Below, in pieces: positions 46,106 through 55,586 of a stretch of DNA of 64,000 bases. Position numbers and translations under genes: made by a program. Source of the stretch: a virus (lineage: Duplodnaviria > Heunggongvirae > Uroviricota > Caudoviricetes); the IMG/VR virus record IMGVR_UViG_3300022661_000054; one strand, 5' to 3'. Every line of letters starts with the position of its first letter. Position 1 is the first letter of the stretch. The notes under the pieces are model-generated. The model did no database searches. It was given only the letters and a program-made list of their open reading frames with translations, and had not been told where the DNA came from.

Positions 46106-46678
46106 TTAATTAATATAGTTAGCTGCCATTTCAGCCATTCTTGTTAGAGTAACTAAAGGATAAGCTCTACAAATATCATGAATATCCGGTGCAAAGTCGG
46201 TTGGGCGTGAGTGTATAATAGCTTCAATTTGCTCATCTGTTAGTGGTACCAGGTTTTTAATCTGCATATACGAACTAAAGCCTAAATCACCATAAACAGG
46301 ACGATTGGTACCTTCACGAGTTTTATATGCAGGAACCGCCTCCCATTGTCCGGTTTCTTCATTCTTTACGTTTTTCATATAAGCTTCATACATAGTTGCT
46401 TTGTAGATATCTTTAAAAAACGCTACTTTAATAACATCTTCTTCAGAGTATCTGCCTGGGAAATAAGCATTACACAATACACCAAGTTCATGAGCAGTTC
46501 TTAAAGCACGCTCACATAAACCGCCAGGATAAGCTCCGGTATACTGAGCCGAAGCAGGAGCATTAAAGTAATTGACTTGGTCAAGTAGCTTATTAATCTC
46601 TGTTAGATCAATATTTAGTTTAGAGAGCAACTCCACAAATCTAATTTCATTATTATTTTTTTGTTCTAGTGTTAACAT
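46106..46678 (-). CDS. HD-domain-like protein, metal ligands lost
   Basis: YFNAPAS..YTGAYPGGLCERAL...AFFKDIYK matches the phage HD family pattern with H>T, H>R and HD>KD. Confidence 0.65.
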   Translation of the reverse strand: MLTLEQKNNNEIRFVELLSKLNIDLTEINKLLDQVNYFNAPASAQYTGAYPGGLCERALRTAHELGVLCNAYFPGRYSEEDVIKVAFFKDIYKATMYEAYMKNVKNEETGQWEAVPAYKTREGTNRPVYGDLGFSSYMQIKNLVPLTDEQIEAIIHSRPTDFAPDIHDICRAYPLVTLTRMAEMAANYIN

Positions 46679-46690
46679 AAAACCCTCCGA

Positions 46691-47494
46691 TTAAAAATCT
46701 TTTAATACTTCTTCTATGATAAACTGACTCATTCTTTTTGTACTTTTACAAGCACAATTTCCAACGGCAAAACAGTTAGGTACAAGTAATGACTGTCCTA
46801 CGTTTGTAGTTTTAAGGTAGCCAGCCTCTTTTGATATGAACTTATCAGATACAAAGTCAGTTTCAGGTGTAGCAGCAGTTTTTATAAATATGGCAGAACA
46901 TGTTACGGTAGAATAATTGCTAAGCTCAACGTTACTAAGAAGGTCGTCCTGCAAAATGGCTTTTACAATCGTCGTATTCGGTAAAGCAACAATGTTTTTT
47001 GTTTCAGTGAGTTTTTTAACGTTTGCAGGTGTAATATTTTCAATAGTAAGATTTTCAGTACATAAATAAACGTGCTTATATTTTTTTGCTACAGCCAATG
47101 CAAATTTTACATCGCTATTGCTTTGCCCTACAACAATAGCAGGCTGATTTTTTGCCGCTTTAGGGATATCTAAGGTATTATTAAATACACAAGGTACCTG
47201 TTTATTGTTAAGTACTAAAGGCTCATATTTGAGTCCTGACGCTATAATTAAGTGAGTGCAATATACACGGTCTCCATTTTTAAGATAACAACCGAACAGT
47301 CTATTTTTATAGTCTGTAAAAATGACTTCTTCTTTAATATATTCCACATTTAAGAAGTCATGAGTAGTAGTACTTCTAAACTCACGACTAATAAAAGCTA
47401 TTTTAATAGTTGGCTTACCGTATGCAATCTTTTTTATAATATTATTGCCTTCAAGGCTATCGCCAATAATAACTATATCTACTTGGTAGTTCAT
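46691..47494 (-). CDS. Thioredoxin reductase-like protein, degenerate
   Basis: DIVIIGD, LIIASG, IVVGQSNS and VPNCFAVGN follow the TrxB layout, but GxGxxG and CxxC are absent. Confidence 0.6.
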   Translation of the reverse strand: MNYQVDIVIIGDSLEGNNIIKKIAYGKPTIKIAFISREFRSTTTHDFLNVEYIKEEVIFTDYKNRLFGCYLKNGDRVYCTHLIIASGLKYEPLVLNNKQVPCVFNNTLDIPKAAKNQPAIVVGQSNSDVKFALAVAKKYKHVYLCTENLTIENITPANVKKLTETKNIVALPNTTIVKAILQDDLLSNVELSNYSTVTCSAIFIKTAATPETDFVSDKFISKEAGYLKTTNVGQSLLVPNCFAVGNCACKSTKRMSQFIIEEVLKDF

Positions 47495-48459
47495 TTAGTC
47501 TCTCCTACAGAATTACTTAATTTTTGTTGTTTTAATTGACTAATACAGAGTTGTCTATCTACTGGTACAGATTCTAGATTTTGCCAAGTAATAAGAGTAT
47601 CTCGTACATTATCACCTGACTGTTGCCAAGTGCTAAAATATGGACAAACAGCATCCGGTCTTGTCTCTAAAATATCTGGATTTGTTAGAGGATTATATTC
47701 ACACCAATGACATAGAGCTGTTACAGTAGGCTTAAAGTCTTCTTTCTGAATACCGCTAAAAAGCTTGTCTAAAACATCACGGCCTTCCCCAACAATATCG
47801 TCAGATAAAGCTCGCTGTCGAATATTACACAAAGGCAGATCATATTCACATTTAATTTTATTTAATGGGATATTCCACAGCTTTTCTGCTGCCATCATAT
47901 AAACGGCAAACTGTAAAGGCGCTTTTAATTCGCTATTTTGTGCTTCTACAGCCCAAGTTTTAATATCTTGTATTAGTATTTCATTTGTTTCAGTATCTAA
48001 GAACGCACGGTCGATAGACCCATTAAAAGAGTGCACATTATCATAATTATATTCAAATTTTTGCTCAATACCTATAATTTTTAAATTAGGGTTTTCTTGC
48101 ATAAATTTCTCAAGTCTATAAATAGCTGAGTCGAGATACAAATACATTTTTTCTTGATAAGTGCGTCCTGATTTATCCTTAGAGTAAAATTCAGTTGGAT
48201 ATTTCAATGCAATCTTTCTGCATTCAATAATAAATTTATTTTTTAATTCTATATAATTAATACTCTGTCCGACTTGAAGTATTTTTGCAATTTCTTCTTC
48301 TATGGAATGTACGAGTGACCCGAAGTCAGTCGCAATATTTGCATTAAAGATAAAATTTTTATCTAAATACTTTATCTTAAACTTGAATCGGCATTGCTTA
48401 TAACAAGAGATTTTAGAGTAAGAGTATCTATCAAGAGTTTTAAGATTAATTTCCTGCAT
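47491..48459 (-). CDS. PD-(D/E)xK exonuclease (Cas4/RecB-like, Fe-S cysteines)
   Basis: YSYSKI...C, GSIDR, QDIKT, QFAVY and CHWC...CP. Confidence 0.8.
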   Translation of the reverse strand: MQEINLKTLDRYSYSKISCYKQCRFKFKIKYLDKNFIFNANIATDFGSLVHSIEEEIAKILQVGQSINYIELKNKFIIECRKIALKYPTEFYSKDKSGRTYQEKMYLYLDSAIYRLEKFMQENPNLKIIGIEQKFEYNYDNVHSFNGSIDRAFLDTETNEILIQDIKTWAVEAQNSELKAPLQFAVYMMAAEKLWNIPLNKIKCEYDLPLCNIRQRALSDDIVGEGRDVLDKLFSGIQKEDFKPTVTALCHWCEYNPLTNPDILETRPDAVCPYFSTWQQSGDNVRDTLITWQNLESVPVDRQLCISQLKQQKLSNSVGETK

Positions 48460-48468
48460 TAGCCCTCC

Positions 48469-49386
48469 TTATAAAGTAATTTTATAAGCTAGATTATTAG
48501 CTAAGTAATTAAACATTTCACGCTTATCTAATTCAAGCTTAGACGTTTTTAATTTCAAATCAAAATTTGTTAAAAATTTTATTTTTTGTTTTATAGCCTC
48601 TATATTAAGACTACGATAATTATTCATTAGATGTTTATAATAACCAGCCGAAATTCCGCAGTTTTCAGCATTTAGCAGTGGATTTTGTGTAACAATAATA
48701 ATGTTTTTTAATTTTGATAAAGCTCTATTAGCTAATACAACAGGCTCTAAGTCATTATAACCACTATATTTCAAGAATTCACGTAATACTAAAATATTAC
48801 CATCAACTAAAGCATCCGCAACAGTAAATAAATCAGCCTTATAAAGATCTAGCTGTGGATCAAACCTGATAGAACTAAAAATAACTTTCTGCTCTTCTTT
48901 GCTGAATAAAGATACTTTATCAAGCTCGTTTAAAATACGTTCAATATTATTGTTTGTTGCCTTAATTAGCCACAAAAGGTCTTCTTCAGCTACACTTGGA
49001 CAAAGCATTTTTGCATAGTCTAAAATTTGCCATTCTTCGAGCTCTGGAAACTTTATGATAAAACTTTCAACACTGTTAGCAATACTTTTATCAACTTGGT
49101 CACATACTACAATAGTATTTTCAAACTGATTATAATTCTCAGCTCTTTCATCAAAAGTTTCTACTGTTAAAATATTAAGAGTTCCTTCTTGTGCTGTGAG
49201 TAATGCAAGGGACGATTGCTGAGGTTCATAAATACTACTTATTTTAGTAATACCGCCTTCAGCTAATTTACATAGTGCTTGCACGTACTGACTTGCTAAA
49301 AAATTATTATCTTTACGAATAAAAATCATAAAGTCAGACGGTACGACATTATTAGTAACGCAGTCTTTAAGTTCTTTTAGAGTCAT
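48469..49386 (-). CDS. holA: Clamp loader delta subunit-like
   Basis: NNIERILNELDKVSL and FDLKLKTS patterns; follows dnaX and holB. Confidence 0.6.
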   Translation of the reverse strand: MTLKELKDCVTNNVVPSDFMIFIRKDNNFLASQYVQALCKLAEGGITKISSIYEPQQSSLALLTAQEGTLNILTVETFDERAENYNQFENTIVVCDQVDKSIANSVESFIIKFPELEEWQILDYAKMLCPSVAEEDLLWLIKATNNNIERILNELDKVSLFSKEEQKVIFSSIRFDPQLDLYKADLFTVADALVDGNILVLREFLKYSGYNDLEPVVLANRALSKLKNIIIVTQNPLLNAENCGISAGYYKHLMNNYRSLNIEAIKQKIKFLTNFDLKLKTSKLELDKREMFNYLANNLAYKITL

Positions 49387-50180
49387 TACTGTACCGCCTC
49401 CCATAAAGTAGTAAGATAGTTTAACATTAAGGCTTCTTTTAGTAAATTTTGCTGTGTAGCATACTGTTTAAACTTATTTGTTACATTAAAAATAATTAAG
49501 CTTTTAACATTATTATTGTTTTTAAAGTCCTCAAAAGCCAGATATTCAACCACATCAAAAAATAGATTAAAATCTATCTTATTATACAAGTCCTTGTAGT
49601 TTATTTTAGTAGAAATAACCAGAGTATTTGCGTAAGACGCACTAGATATATTATTAACAACATTTTTACCTAATGCAATAACTTCAGCAAAACTGCTTTC
49701 TGTCAAGTTTAGTAGTTTGCCAGGTGTTTTAAATATTTTAAATGCAAGGTCGTTAATATTTGCATTAGTAATCTGCTCAAGTTGTTCTTTTGTATAAGGT
49801 TCAAAACTATATTTTATGCATCTATTTAGTACAGTTGGAAGTACATTAACTTCAGAATTTGCAATTAAAATAATATAAACAGATTTAGAAGGTTCTTCTA
49901 GAGTTTTCAGAATAATGTTTTGCTGCTTCTCTGAAAATTTATTTAAATTGATAAGATAAAGAGTATCAATCGTCTTAAATAAAAACTCATCTAAATCCGT
50001 GGATGCAGCTGTATCTTCAAGCTCCACAAAATCTAATTCAAATTTTTCAGCTACATGCTTTGCAACAGTATGCTTTCCACAACCTTGCGGACCTACAAAC
50101 ATCAAAGTTTTAGGTAAAGTTTGTTTTGTATAAGAATCAATAATTGAGGTTAGTTTAGCTTGGCCAATAATACTAGTCAT
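49386..50180 (-). CDS. holB: Clamp loader delta-prime subunit-like
   Basis: IIGQ, GPQGCGK, QNIILKTLEEP and LPTVLNRC. Confidence 0.75.
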   Translation of the reverse strand: MTSIIGQAKLTSIIDSYTKQTLPKTLMFVGPQGCGKHTVAKHVAEKFELDFVELEDTAASTDLDEFLFKTIDTLYLINLNKFSEKQQNIILKTLEEPSKSVYIILIANSEVNVLPTVLNRCIKYSFEPYTKEQLEQITNANINDLAFKIFKTPGKLLNLTESSFAEVIALGKNVVNNISSASYANTLVISTKINYKDLYNKIDFNLFFDVVEYLAFEDFKNNNNVKSLIIFNVTNKFKQYATQQNLLKEALMLNYLTTLWEAVQ

Positions 50181-50199
50181 AGATTAACACCTCCTATTA

Positions 50200-51234
50200 T
50201 TAAATCTTACGACATATCTGAAGCATATAGGCCTCCACAACAGCCTTTACAGAAGTATCATATTTAATAGTATTTTTAGCTTCTAACAGCTTATCTGTTA
50301 AATAGTTAAACCAATCAAGGGCCCCTTCAAAAGAGGTCGTATAAGCAATATTTGTCATGCTATCGGCTGAGTTTTCTAGATAGGCAGGAATATTTGTTAA
50401 AGCTATGTTTTTAAATAAAATATATTTTGTCAGCTCCAAAATAAAGCTTAAATATTCATTAACAAATTGTTTAAGGTCTTTACCTTCATTATCTAACGTT
50501 TCAATAGCCGCAAGAGTGAATTGCTCATTTCCTCCAATAAGGCAGTTAGTTAACTTAAGCATTCGCTCAAAAGGCGCTTCACCAAGTACCAACTTAGTAT
50601 TTTCCAGGCTAAGGTCGGTTGAAAGATCCGCGCACTGATCTAACTTTGTAATAGCTTCACGCATGCATCCGTTACAAAGTTTGCTAATTAGCTCACAAGT
50701 ATCTTCATAGTTAGTGAAGCCTTCCTGTTGACAAATATAAGCTAATCGTGCTTTAATATCTTGAGAATTAATTTTTGCAACGTTAAAACGTTGCATTCTA
50801 TTTTGAACAGTTGTAGGAATTTTATTAGGTTCTGTAGTGCAGAAAATAAAAATAGTATACTCAGGGCATTCTTCTAAGCACTTCAAAAATACCTGCCACC
50901 CGGCAGTTGAAATAGCATGGCACTCGTCAATAATATAAATTTTATAAGTACCGGTAAGGCTTCTCTGATTTGCTGCATCTACGATAGATCTAATCTGATC
51001 AATATTACCATTAGAAGCTGCGTCTAACTCCTCAGGCTCGTAACTGCTACCGTTAATAGCTTTAGCAAGGCATCTTGCAATAGTGGTTTTGCCATCTCCT
51101 GACGGACCAGCAAAAAGATATGCATGCTTATAAGCCTGTTTTTCAATTACTTTAGTAAGAATTTTTGTGATAGTGTCTTGTCCAATTACTTCGGAAAGCA
51201 TTTGCGGGCGATATTTTACAGCTAAACTTTTCAT
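50200..51234 (-). CDS. dnaX: Clamp loader gamma/tau subunit
   Basis: LAVKYRP, GPSGDGKTT, ELDAAS, IIDECH, LKCLEE and GCMREA. Confidence 0.9.
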   Translation of the reverse strand: MKSLAVKYRPQMLSEVIGQDTITKILTKVIEKQAYKHAYLFAGPSGDGKTTIARCLAKAINGSSYEPEELDAASNGNIDQIRSIVDAANQRSLTGTYKIYIIDECHAISTAGWQVFLKCLEECPEYTIFIFCTTEPNKIPTTVQNRMQRFNVAKINSQDIKARLAYICQQEGFTNYEDTCELISKLCNGCMREAITKLDQCADLSTDLSLENTKLVLGEAPFERMLKLTNCLIGGNEQFTLAAIETLDNEGKDLKQFVNEYLSFILELTKYILFKNIALTNIPAYLENSADSMTNIAYTTSFEGALDWFNYLTDKLLEAKNTIKYDTSVKAVVEAYMLQICRKI

Positions 51235-51254
51235 TGTATCATTTCCTTTTTAGA

Positions 51255-51308
51255 TATTTTTACATATTATATAATACAACAAAAAAGGACCTATTTTCAT
51301 AGGTCCTT
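51255..51308 (-). terminator. Terminator abutting TGTATTATATAATAT promoter
   Basis: AAGGACCTAT/ATAGGTCCTT stem (51285-51308); 25-bp element at 51255-51279 is identical to 55038-55062. Confidence 0.75.
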
Positions 51309-51318
51309 GAGTATAATT

Positions 51319-51684
51319 TTATAAAGCTGCAATTTGCATAAGTTGTGCACTATCTAACCAACCACTCCACATTAAATTTAAATCCTGTTTAGTTTCAAAA
51401 TCAAAACCAATACTATCTACGTAGATCATATTGCCGAGTGCTTTAGAAATATAAATTTTAAGATATTGAATTTTTGGACAGGTTCCGTTATTCCAGTTGA
51501 CAGCAAGCACTGAATCTTGAGTATTAACAATATTTAGTGGCAATCTAACTAAATAACAATGATTTACTTCATAAGTCGGTTTACAGTACTTTCTAATATA
51601 AAAAGTATTAGTGCCTGGATCATAGTTATTTAAATCTGCAAATTGACATTTTTCAAGCTGTTCTTTTATAATTGGTCTTATCAT
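51319..51684 (-). CDS. Hypothetical protein
   Basis: 121 aa, GGAGG RBS. Confidence 0.6.
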   Translation of the reverse strand: MIRPIIKEQLEKCQFADLNNYDPGTNTFYIRKYCKPTYEVNHCYLVRLPLNIVNTQDSVLAVNWNNGTCPKIQYLKIYISKALGNMIYVDSIGFDFETKQDLNLMWSGWLDSAQLMQIAAL

Positions 51685-52037
51685 TAGTCATAATCCTCCA
51701 CTGTAATGATAAGTTCCATTAAGTGCTTTTGTTCAGCTAAAGCATTATATAGAGTATCAAAATCAGAATACTGCTTGCCACACCACCAATACTCAACATG
51801 TTTTGTTTTCTTATTTCTATGACTATATGCTTGATAAATTTCTTTTTTAGCTTTTTCTTGATCTGGATAATTTAATAGAGCATAATCTTTAAATTCTACT
51901 TTAGCTGTCGAAATAAACTTAACCTGTTGAAGTTGCAAGCTTCTCATCCACATAAAAAGTAGACTATCCTGTGCTTGTTGTTTACTGTATTCAACATTAT
52001 CAAATTCATGATAGATAGTTAAAAATTTAATTTGCAT
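51684..52037 (-). CDS. Hypothetical protein
   Basis: Start likely MQIKF (AAGGTG RBS). Confidence 0.5.
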   Translation of the reverse strand: MQIKFLTIYHEFDNVEYSKQQAQDSLLFMWMRSLQLQQVKFISTAKVEFKDYALLNYPDQEKAKKEIYQAYSHRNKKTKHVEYWWCGKQYSDFDTLYNALAEQKHLMELIITVEDYD

Positions 52038-52056
52038 ATTACACCTTATAACCTTT

Positions 52057-52392
52057 TTATATATAGAAATACTCAATGTCTGAATTTTCAAAATCTTTAA
52101 ACAAAAGGTCAGTATCATTACAAACTAATCTTATTTTATCTTTTTGATTTCTGCATAAACTATTAACTGCTGAAACATAGTTAGTAACATCATCATCATC
52201 AAAGCTTCTATTATAAAGAATACTCAAGATCTGCTCGTTACCTACAAGTTTTCTTTCACTCTGTAAGTGTTTTGCATAAGCGTCTATAATATAAAAAACT
52301 TGTTCATTAAGTGGGATATCGGCATAATCGGGGTCACTCTGGTCAGTAGTGATACTATAATGCTTATTTTTATTATTAATAAGAACTATCAT
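52057..52392 (-). CDS. Hypothetical protein behind a late motif
   Basis: 111 aa, AAGGAG RBS. Confidence 0.55.
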   Translation of the reverse strand: MIVLINNKNKHYSITTDQSDPDYADIPLNEQVFYIIDAYAKHLQSERKLVGNEQILSILYNRSFDDDDVTNYVSAVNSLCRNQKDKIRLVCNDTDLLFKDFENSDIEYFYI

Positions 52393-52425
52393 TTATAAAA
52401 TCTCCTTAAATTTTATATTTGTATA

Positions 52426-52435
52426 TAATTTAGCA
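52426..52435 (-). promoter_or_regulatory. Putative late promoter TGCTAAATTA
   Basis: Motif copy inside the replication region. Confidence 0.65.
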
Positions 52436-52436
52436 A

Positions 52437-52829
52437 TTAAATATTTTCCTCTAGACTATTAAGATGATTAAGGAGCTCTAAAAACAAATATTCATCAATA
52501 ATATAAAAGTTTTCTTCTCCAGGACCAAAGTTGAAAACAACAGCTTGGTGAGGAGTTCCTGTAAGTAAGCATTCCTGACGATTTTTTTCGAACCACTCTT
52601 TTTTAATAGAAATAGAAGCTGATGGAGAAGTTTTTGTTTTACACTCGAGAAGGAATGAATTCTTACCTGATGTAATAACATCACCTTTTGCAAAATCCGT
52701 GGCACCAGAATTTTTTTGAACTTTTCCGCCTACTGCTTTTGATACAGTCTTTTCCTGTTTAGTGGAGTAATGACGAGTAGGAAGGGGTTTAGCCCCTTCC
52801 TTATTTCTTTTTGCAGTACCTATAATCAT
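52437..52829 (-). CDS. Hjc-like PD-(D/E)xK resolvase/endonuclease
   Basis: QEKTV...NSGA...KGDV...LLECKT. Confidence 0.7.
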   Translation of the reverse strand: MIIGTAKRNKEGAKPLPTRHYSTKQEKTVSKAVGGKVQKNSGATDFAKGDVITSGKNSFLLECKTKTSPSASISIKKEWFEKNRQECLLTGTPHQAVVFNFGPGEENFYIIDEYLFLELLNHLNSLEENI

Positions 52830-54028
52830 TAAGCATCCTCAAGTAGAATCTTGCGCTTTGCTTCGTCTTCCTGTGGACGTTCGATAGCATCTTCTTCAGC
52901 TTCAATGGCTTTTAGAGATTCCTTATCAAGAACGGACTTATCGTTGGATGCAGAAATAAATTCCTTAATCATTGCAAGATACTTTTCACGGAAAGAATCA
53001 TGGGTGTGAAGATACTCAATGAGGTAAGCTTTCTTGCCCTGCAAAGTTTCACCTGTTTCAGAGTCAGTGATTACTTCACCTGTAGAGAGATTTACAAGAG
53101 CATAAGTTACATTATTAAGTCTCTTAATAAAGTCAAACTGAAGAGCAACGTCAATAAGGTCATTTACAGTATCAGCGCCAGTTTCATACTTGTAGGTAAT
53201 GAAACCGCCTCCACGATTGCAAGCGCAAGTCTTGTTCTTAGTAATTTTAAACTTAAGTCTAAAACCATCTGCACCTTCACCGTCGTCACCCTTGATCTCA
53301 TCGCCGTCCTTCATAAATACTCTCTTACCGAAACGAACCTTAACGGAAGCATAATAACGAGGTGCGTCTCCGCCCGGCTCTTTGTAGATAGCTGCACCTG
53401 TAAAAGTGGTACCAGCAACACGAACCTGATTAATCATAATCATGATGTTACCCTTACGAGCGAGTTTATCACACATAGTAGGGCAGAACTTGTGAAGACC
53501 TTTGGCCATATTGCCACGCATACCCATGTCTTTGGTAAACTCATTTTCCATAATAGACTGAGGTACAAGAGCTGGAATAGAGTCAAGAACAATAAGACCA
53601 ATATCGTCGGTTTCTTCAAGCTCAAGAATCATTTCAAGAATCTGTTCACCTGACATACCTTCAGGACTGATATAATAAAGACGTTCAAGGTCGATACCGT
53701 TCATCATTGCTTGGAACTGAAGATCAAGAGAGTGCTCGACGTCAACATAAACACAAATCTTGTTAGGATTTTCACGTTGATATGCAGCAAGTTCCGCACA
53801 GGCAGCCGTAGTCTTACCAGAGTGCTCAAGGCCTGCATATACCATCAAACGTCCATATGGAAGGCCTCCATAAAGAGGATAGTCCATACCCATCATACCA
53901 GAAGAAAGACGCTGGTATACTGGTACAACATTTGACTTGATAATCAAGTTATTATTCGAATATTCTTTATTTAGTTTTTTTGCGAAATCTTCCATTGTAA
54001 AAGATTTCTTTTCTGTTTCTTTTGCCAT
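52829..54028 (-). CDS. recA: RecA/UvsX recombinase
   Basis: YGGLPYGR, AGLEHSGKTT, YVDVEHSLD, IVLDSIPAL, INQVR, PGG and KNK. Confidence 0.93.
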   Translation of the reverse strand: MAKETEKKSFTMEDFAKKLNKEYSNNNLIIKSNVVPVYQRLSSGMMGMDYPLYGGLPYGRLMVYAGLEHSGKTTAACAELAAYQRENPNKICVYVDVEHSLDLQFQAMMNGIDLERLYYISPEGMSGEQILEMILELEETDDIGLIVLDSIPALVPQSIMENEFTKDMGMRGNMAKGLHKFCPTMCDKLARKGNIMIMINQVRVAGTTFTGAAIYKEPGGDAPRYYASVKVRFGKRVFMKDGDEIKGDDGEGADGFRLKFKITKNKTCACNRGGGFITYKYETGADTVNDLIDVALQFDFIKRLNNVTYALVNLSTGEVITDSETGETLQGKKAYLIEYLHTHDSFREKYLAMIKEFISASNDKSVLDKESLKAIEAEEDAIERPQEDEAKRKILLEDA

Positions 54029-54042
54029 AAAATCTACCTTTC

Positions 54043-54528
54043 TTAATCAAGTGTACTATTTGCAAGCTTTAATTCCTGCATCCTGCTCATTAAAATACTC
54101 TTAAGAGAGTCGATCATTCTGTGTATCTGGTCAACTTTAGTTTTAACTAGGCTTGCCACGAGATCATAAAGACACTGAGCTACAATATTTTCAGAAATAG
54201 CAAGAGTAGTATTAGAATCCTTTACGCCAGCAGTACCTTCCTGTCCAATATAATTTGCTGCATAAGCTTCTTTTTTAATAGCTTCAGCACAAATTGCTTT
54301 AATACCAGAACGGTCTCTTAGCTCGCTTAAAGAATATACTGCAAGCTGTAGACGCAGAATAGAATCTCTAAGTAAGTCAATAGACATAGACTCTATATTA
54401 AATTGAATAGTTTCAATAATACGATTAGGCTCTTCAAACGGCACGGCCAACATACTGTCAGCAATGTCTTTAATTTGTCCGTAAGTCATTTCCACTGCCT
54501 CAAGAGCTTTGTTTAAATCTTTAGCCAT
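54043..54528 (-). CDS. Helical protein, possible UvsY-like recombination mediator
   Basis: All-helical 161 aa adjacent to recA; function inferred from position. Confidence 0.3.
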   Translation of the reverse strand: MAKDLNKALEAVEMTYGQIKDIADSMLAVPFEEPNRIIETIQFNIESMSIDLLRDSILRLQLAVYSLSELRDRSGIKAICAEAIKKEAYAANYIGQEGTAGVKDSNTTLAISENIVAQCLYDLVASLVKTKVDQIHRMIDSLKSILMSRMQELKLANSTLD

Positions 54529-55024
54529 TTAAAACCTCCACTAAATAATTAAGGTCTGCTTCCATAAAAGTTCTAAGTTTTTTAGCAGGAACCTTAATAA
54601 TATTATACGACTTTGGATAAGGTTTTTTATCATCAATCATTCTTAGACCAATCGACTTCTCACCATCAAGGACCATTTTTTCCATTTCTTCAATAGACAC
54701 CCAAATGATTATATCTTTTTCATAAAACCATATAAGAACCCCAGGAAAAGTTTTATATTTACCTTTATAATCTAGTAATCGGTCATATTGCGGAATAGCT
54801 GCAAAAGGTATGCTAGCTTTAGCATGTGCTTTACATTCGACCATTAAAACGCAATCACCTGAGTAACATAGGAAGTCACAAGGATTTGTAGAACCTCCAC
54901 CAGCATAACCACTTTGTTGGTCTGGTAGACGGTAAATCAAAGTATTTGGAAACTGCGCTTCCCATGTAGACTTATACTTACTTTCCCACTTCTTGCCAAT
55001 ATCCTGGTTTGCGATATGTCTCAC
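54521..55024 (-). CDS. recU: RecU-like Holliday junction resolvase
   Basis: GKKWE, YRLPD, NPCDF, VECKAH and IPQYDRL. Confidence 0.65.
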   Translation of the reverse strand: MRHIANQDIGKKWESKYKSTWEAQFPNTLIYRLPDQQSGYAGGGSTNPCDFLCYSGDCVLMVECKAHAKASIPFAAIPQYDRLLDYKGKYKTFPGVLIWFYEKDIIIWVSIEEMEKMVLDGEKSIGLRMIDDKKPYPKSYNIIKVPAKKLRTFMEADLNYLVEVLNG

Positions 55025-55037
55025 TCCTTTATTTAAT

Positions 55038-55095
55038 TATTTTTACATATTATATAATACAATAAAAAAGAACCTGATTTTTAGTCAGGTTCTTT
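55038..55095 (-). terminator. Terminator abutting TGTATTATATAATAT promoter
   Basis: AAAGAACCTGA/TCAGGTTCTTT stem (55067-55095); 25-bp repeat element at 55038-55062. Confidence 0.75.
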
Positions 55096-55106
55096 ACATT
55101 TAAGTA

Positions 55107-55547
55107 CTAGCTTGCTATTGTTTTATTTTCAAGGTCTTCCACATCAGGCTCTGTCTGTTTTGCATTTAAGTACTTTAAGCGCTGTTCGATAAACTCGCCA
55201 ATTGGAAAATATCGGTAAGGTCGTCCTTTACGTGCTTTTGGGTCAATTAATTTAGCCTTAAGAGCTTTTTGGTACTTTGCTGAGTCTTTTCCGCCATGTT
55301 TACCTGCACGTATTGAAGCATGCAGCGACCTATGGTCACTAGGTTCTATAAATACAATATTATCAAATTTATCATTATTTTTATGCTGACCATCCCGGTG
55401 ATGTAAATCCCACTTAAGATAATCTTCAGGCATTTGTATATCTAGAAATCTTGCTAATGCTATTAAAAATTGTTTATATGTATACTGACCTCCATTACTT
55501 TCCTCTGTTAGTAAAGTAAGTTCATTAAAGGCTTCAGAAAAGTTCAT
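55107..55547 (-). CDS. HNH-motif protein with EAFxELxxLxE leader
   Basis: DLHHRDGQHKNNDKFDNIVFIEPSDHRSLH HNH signature. Confidence 0.75.
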   Translation of the reverse strand: MNFSEAFNELTLLTEESNGGQYTYKQFLIALARFLDIQMPEDYLKWDLHHRDGQHKNNDKFDNIVFIEPSDHRSLHASIRAGKHGGKDSAKYQKALKAKLIDPKARKGRPYRYFPIGEFIEQRLKYLNAKQTEPDVEDLENKTIAS

Positions 55548-55576
55548 TTTAGCACTCCTTAAATTTTTACTTTATA

Positions 55577-55586
55577 TAATTTAGCA
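55577..55586 (-). promoter_or_regulatory. Putative late promoter TGCTAAATTA
   Basis: Motif copy upstream of the HNH gene. Confidence 0.7.

Noticed and set aside
47491-48459. Cas4-like nuclease as a sign of CRISPR-Cas
   Set aside because: No repeat-spacer array or other cas genes are seen; solo PD-(D/E)xK exonucleases are common in phage replication modules.
16304-55256. TAATTTAGC matches inside coding regions (about 16304, 20245, 55248) and a variant at 39264
   Set aside because: The intragenic matches follow from Ala-Lys-Leu codons and the 39264 variant is imperfect; not counted as promoters.
55107-55547. HNH as a simple homing endonuclease
   Set aside because: Not excluded, but the short length, lack of an obvious DNA-binding extension, the shared leader and the dedicated late cassette favour another role.
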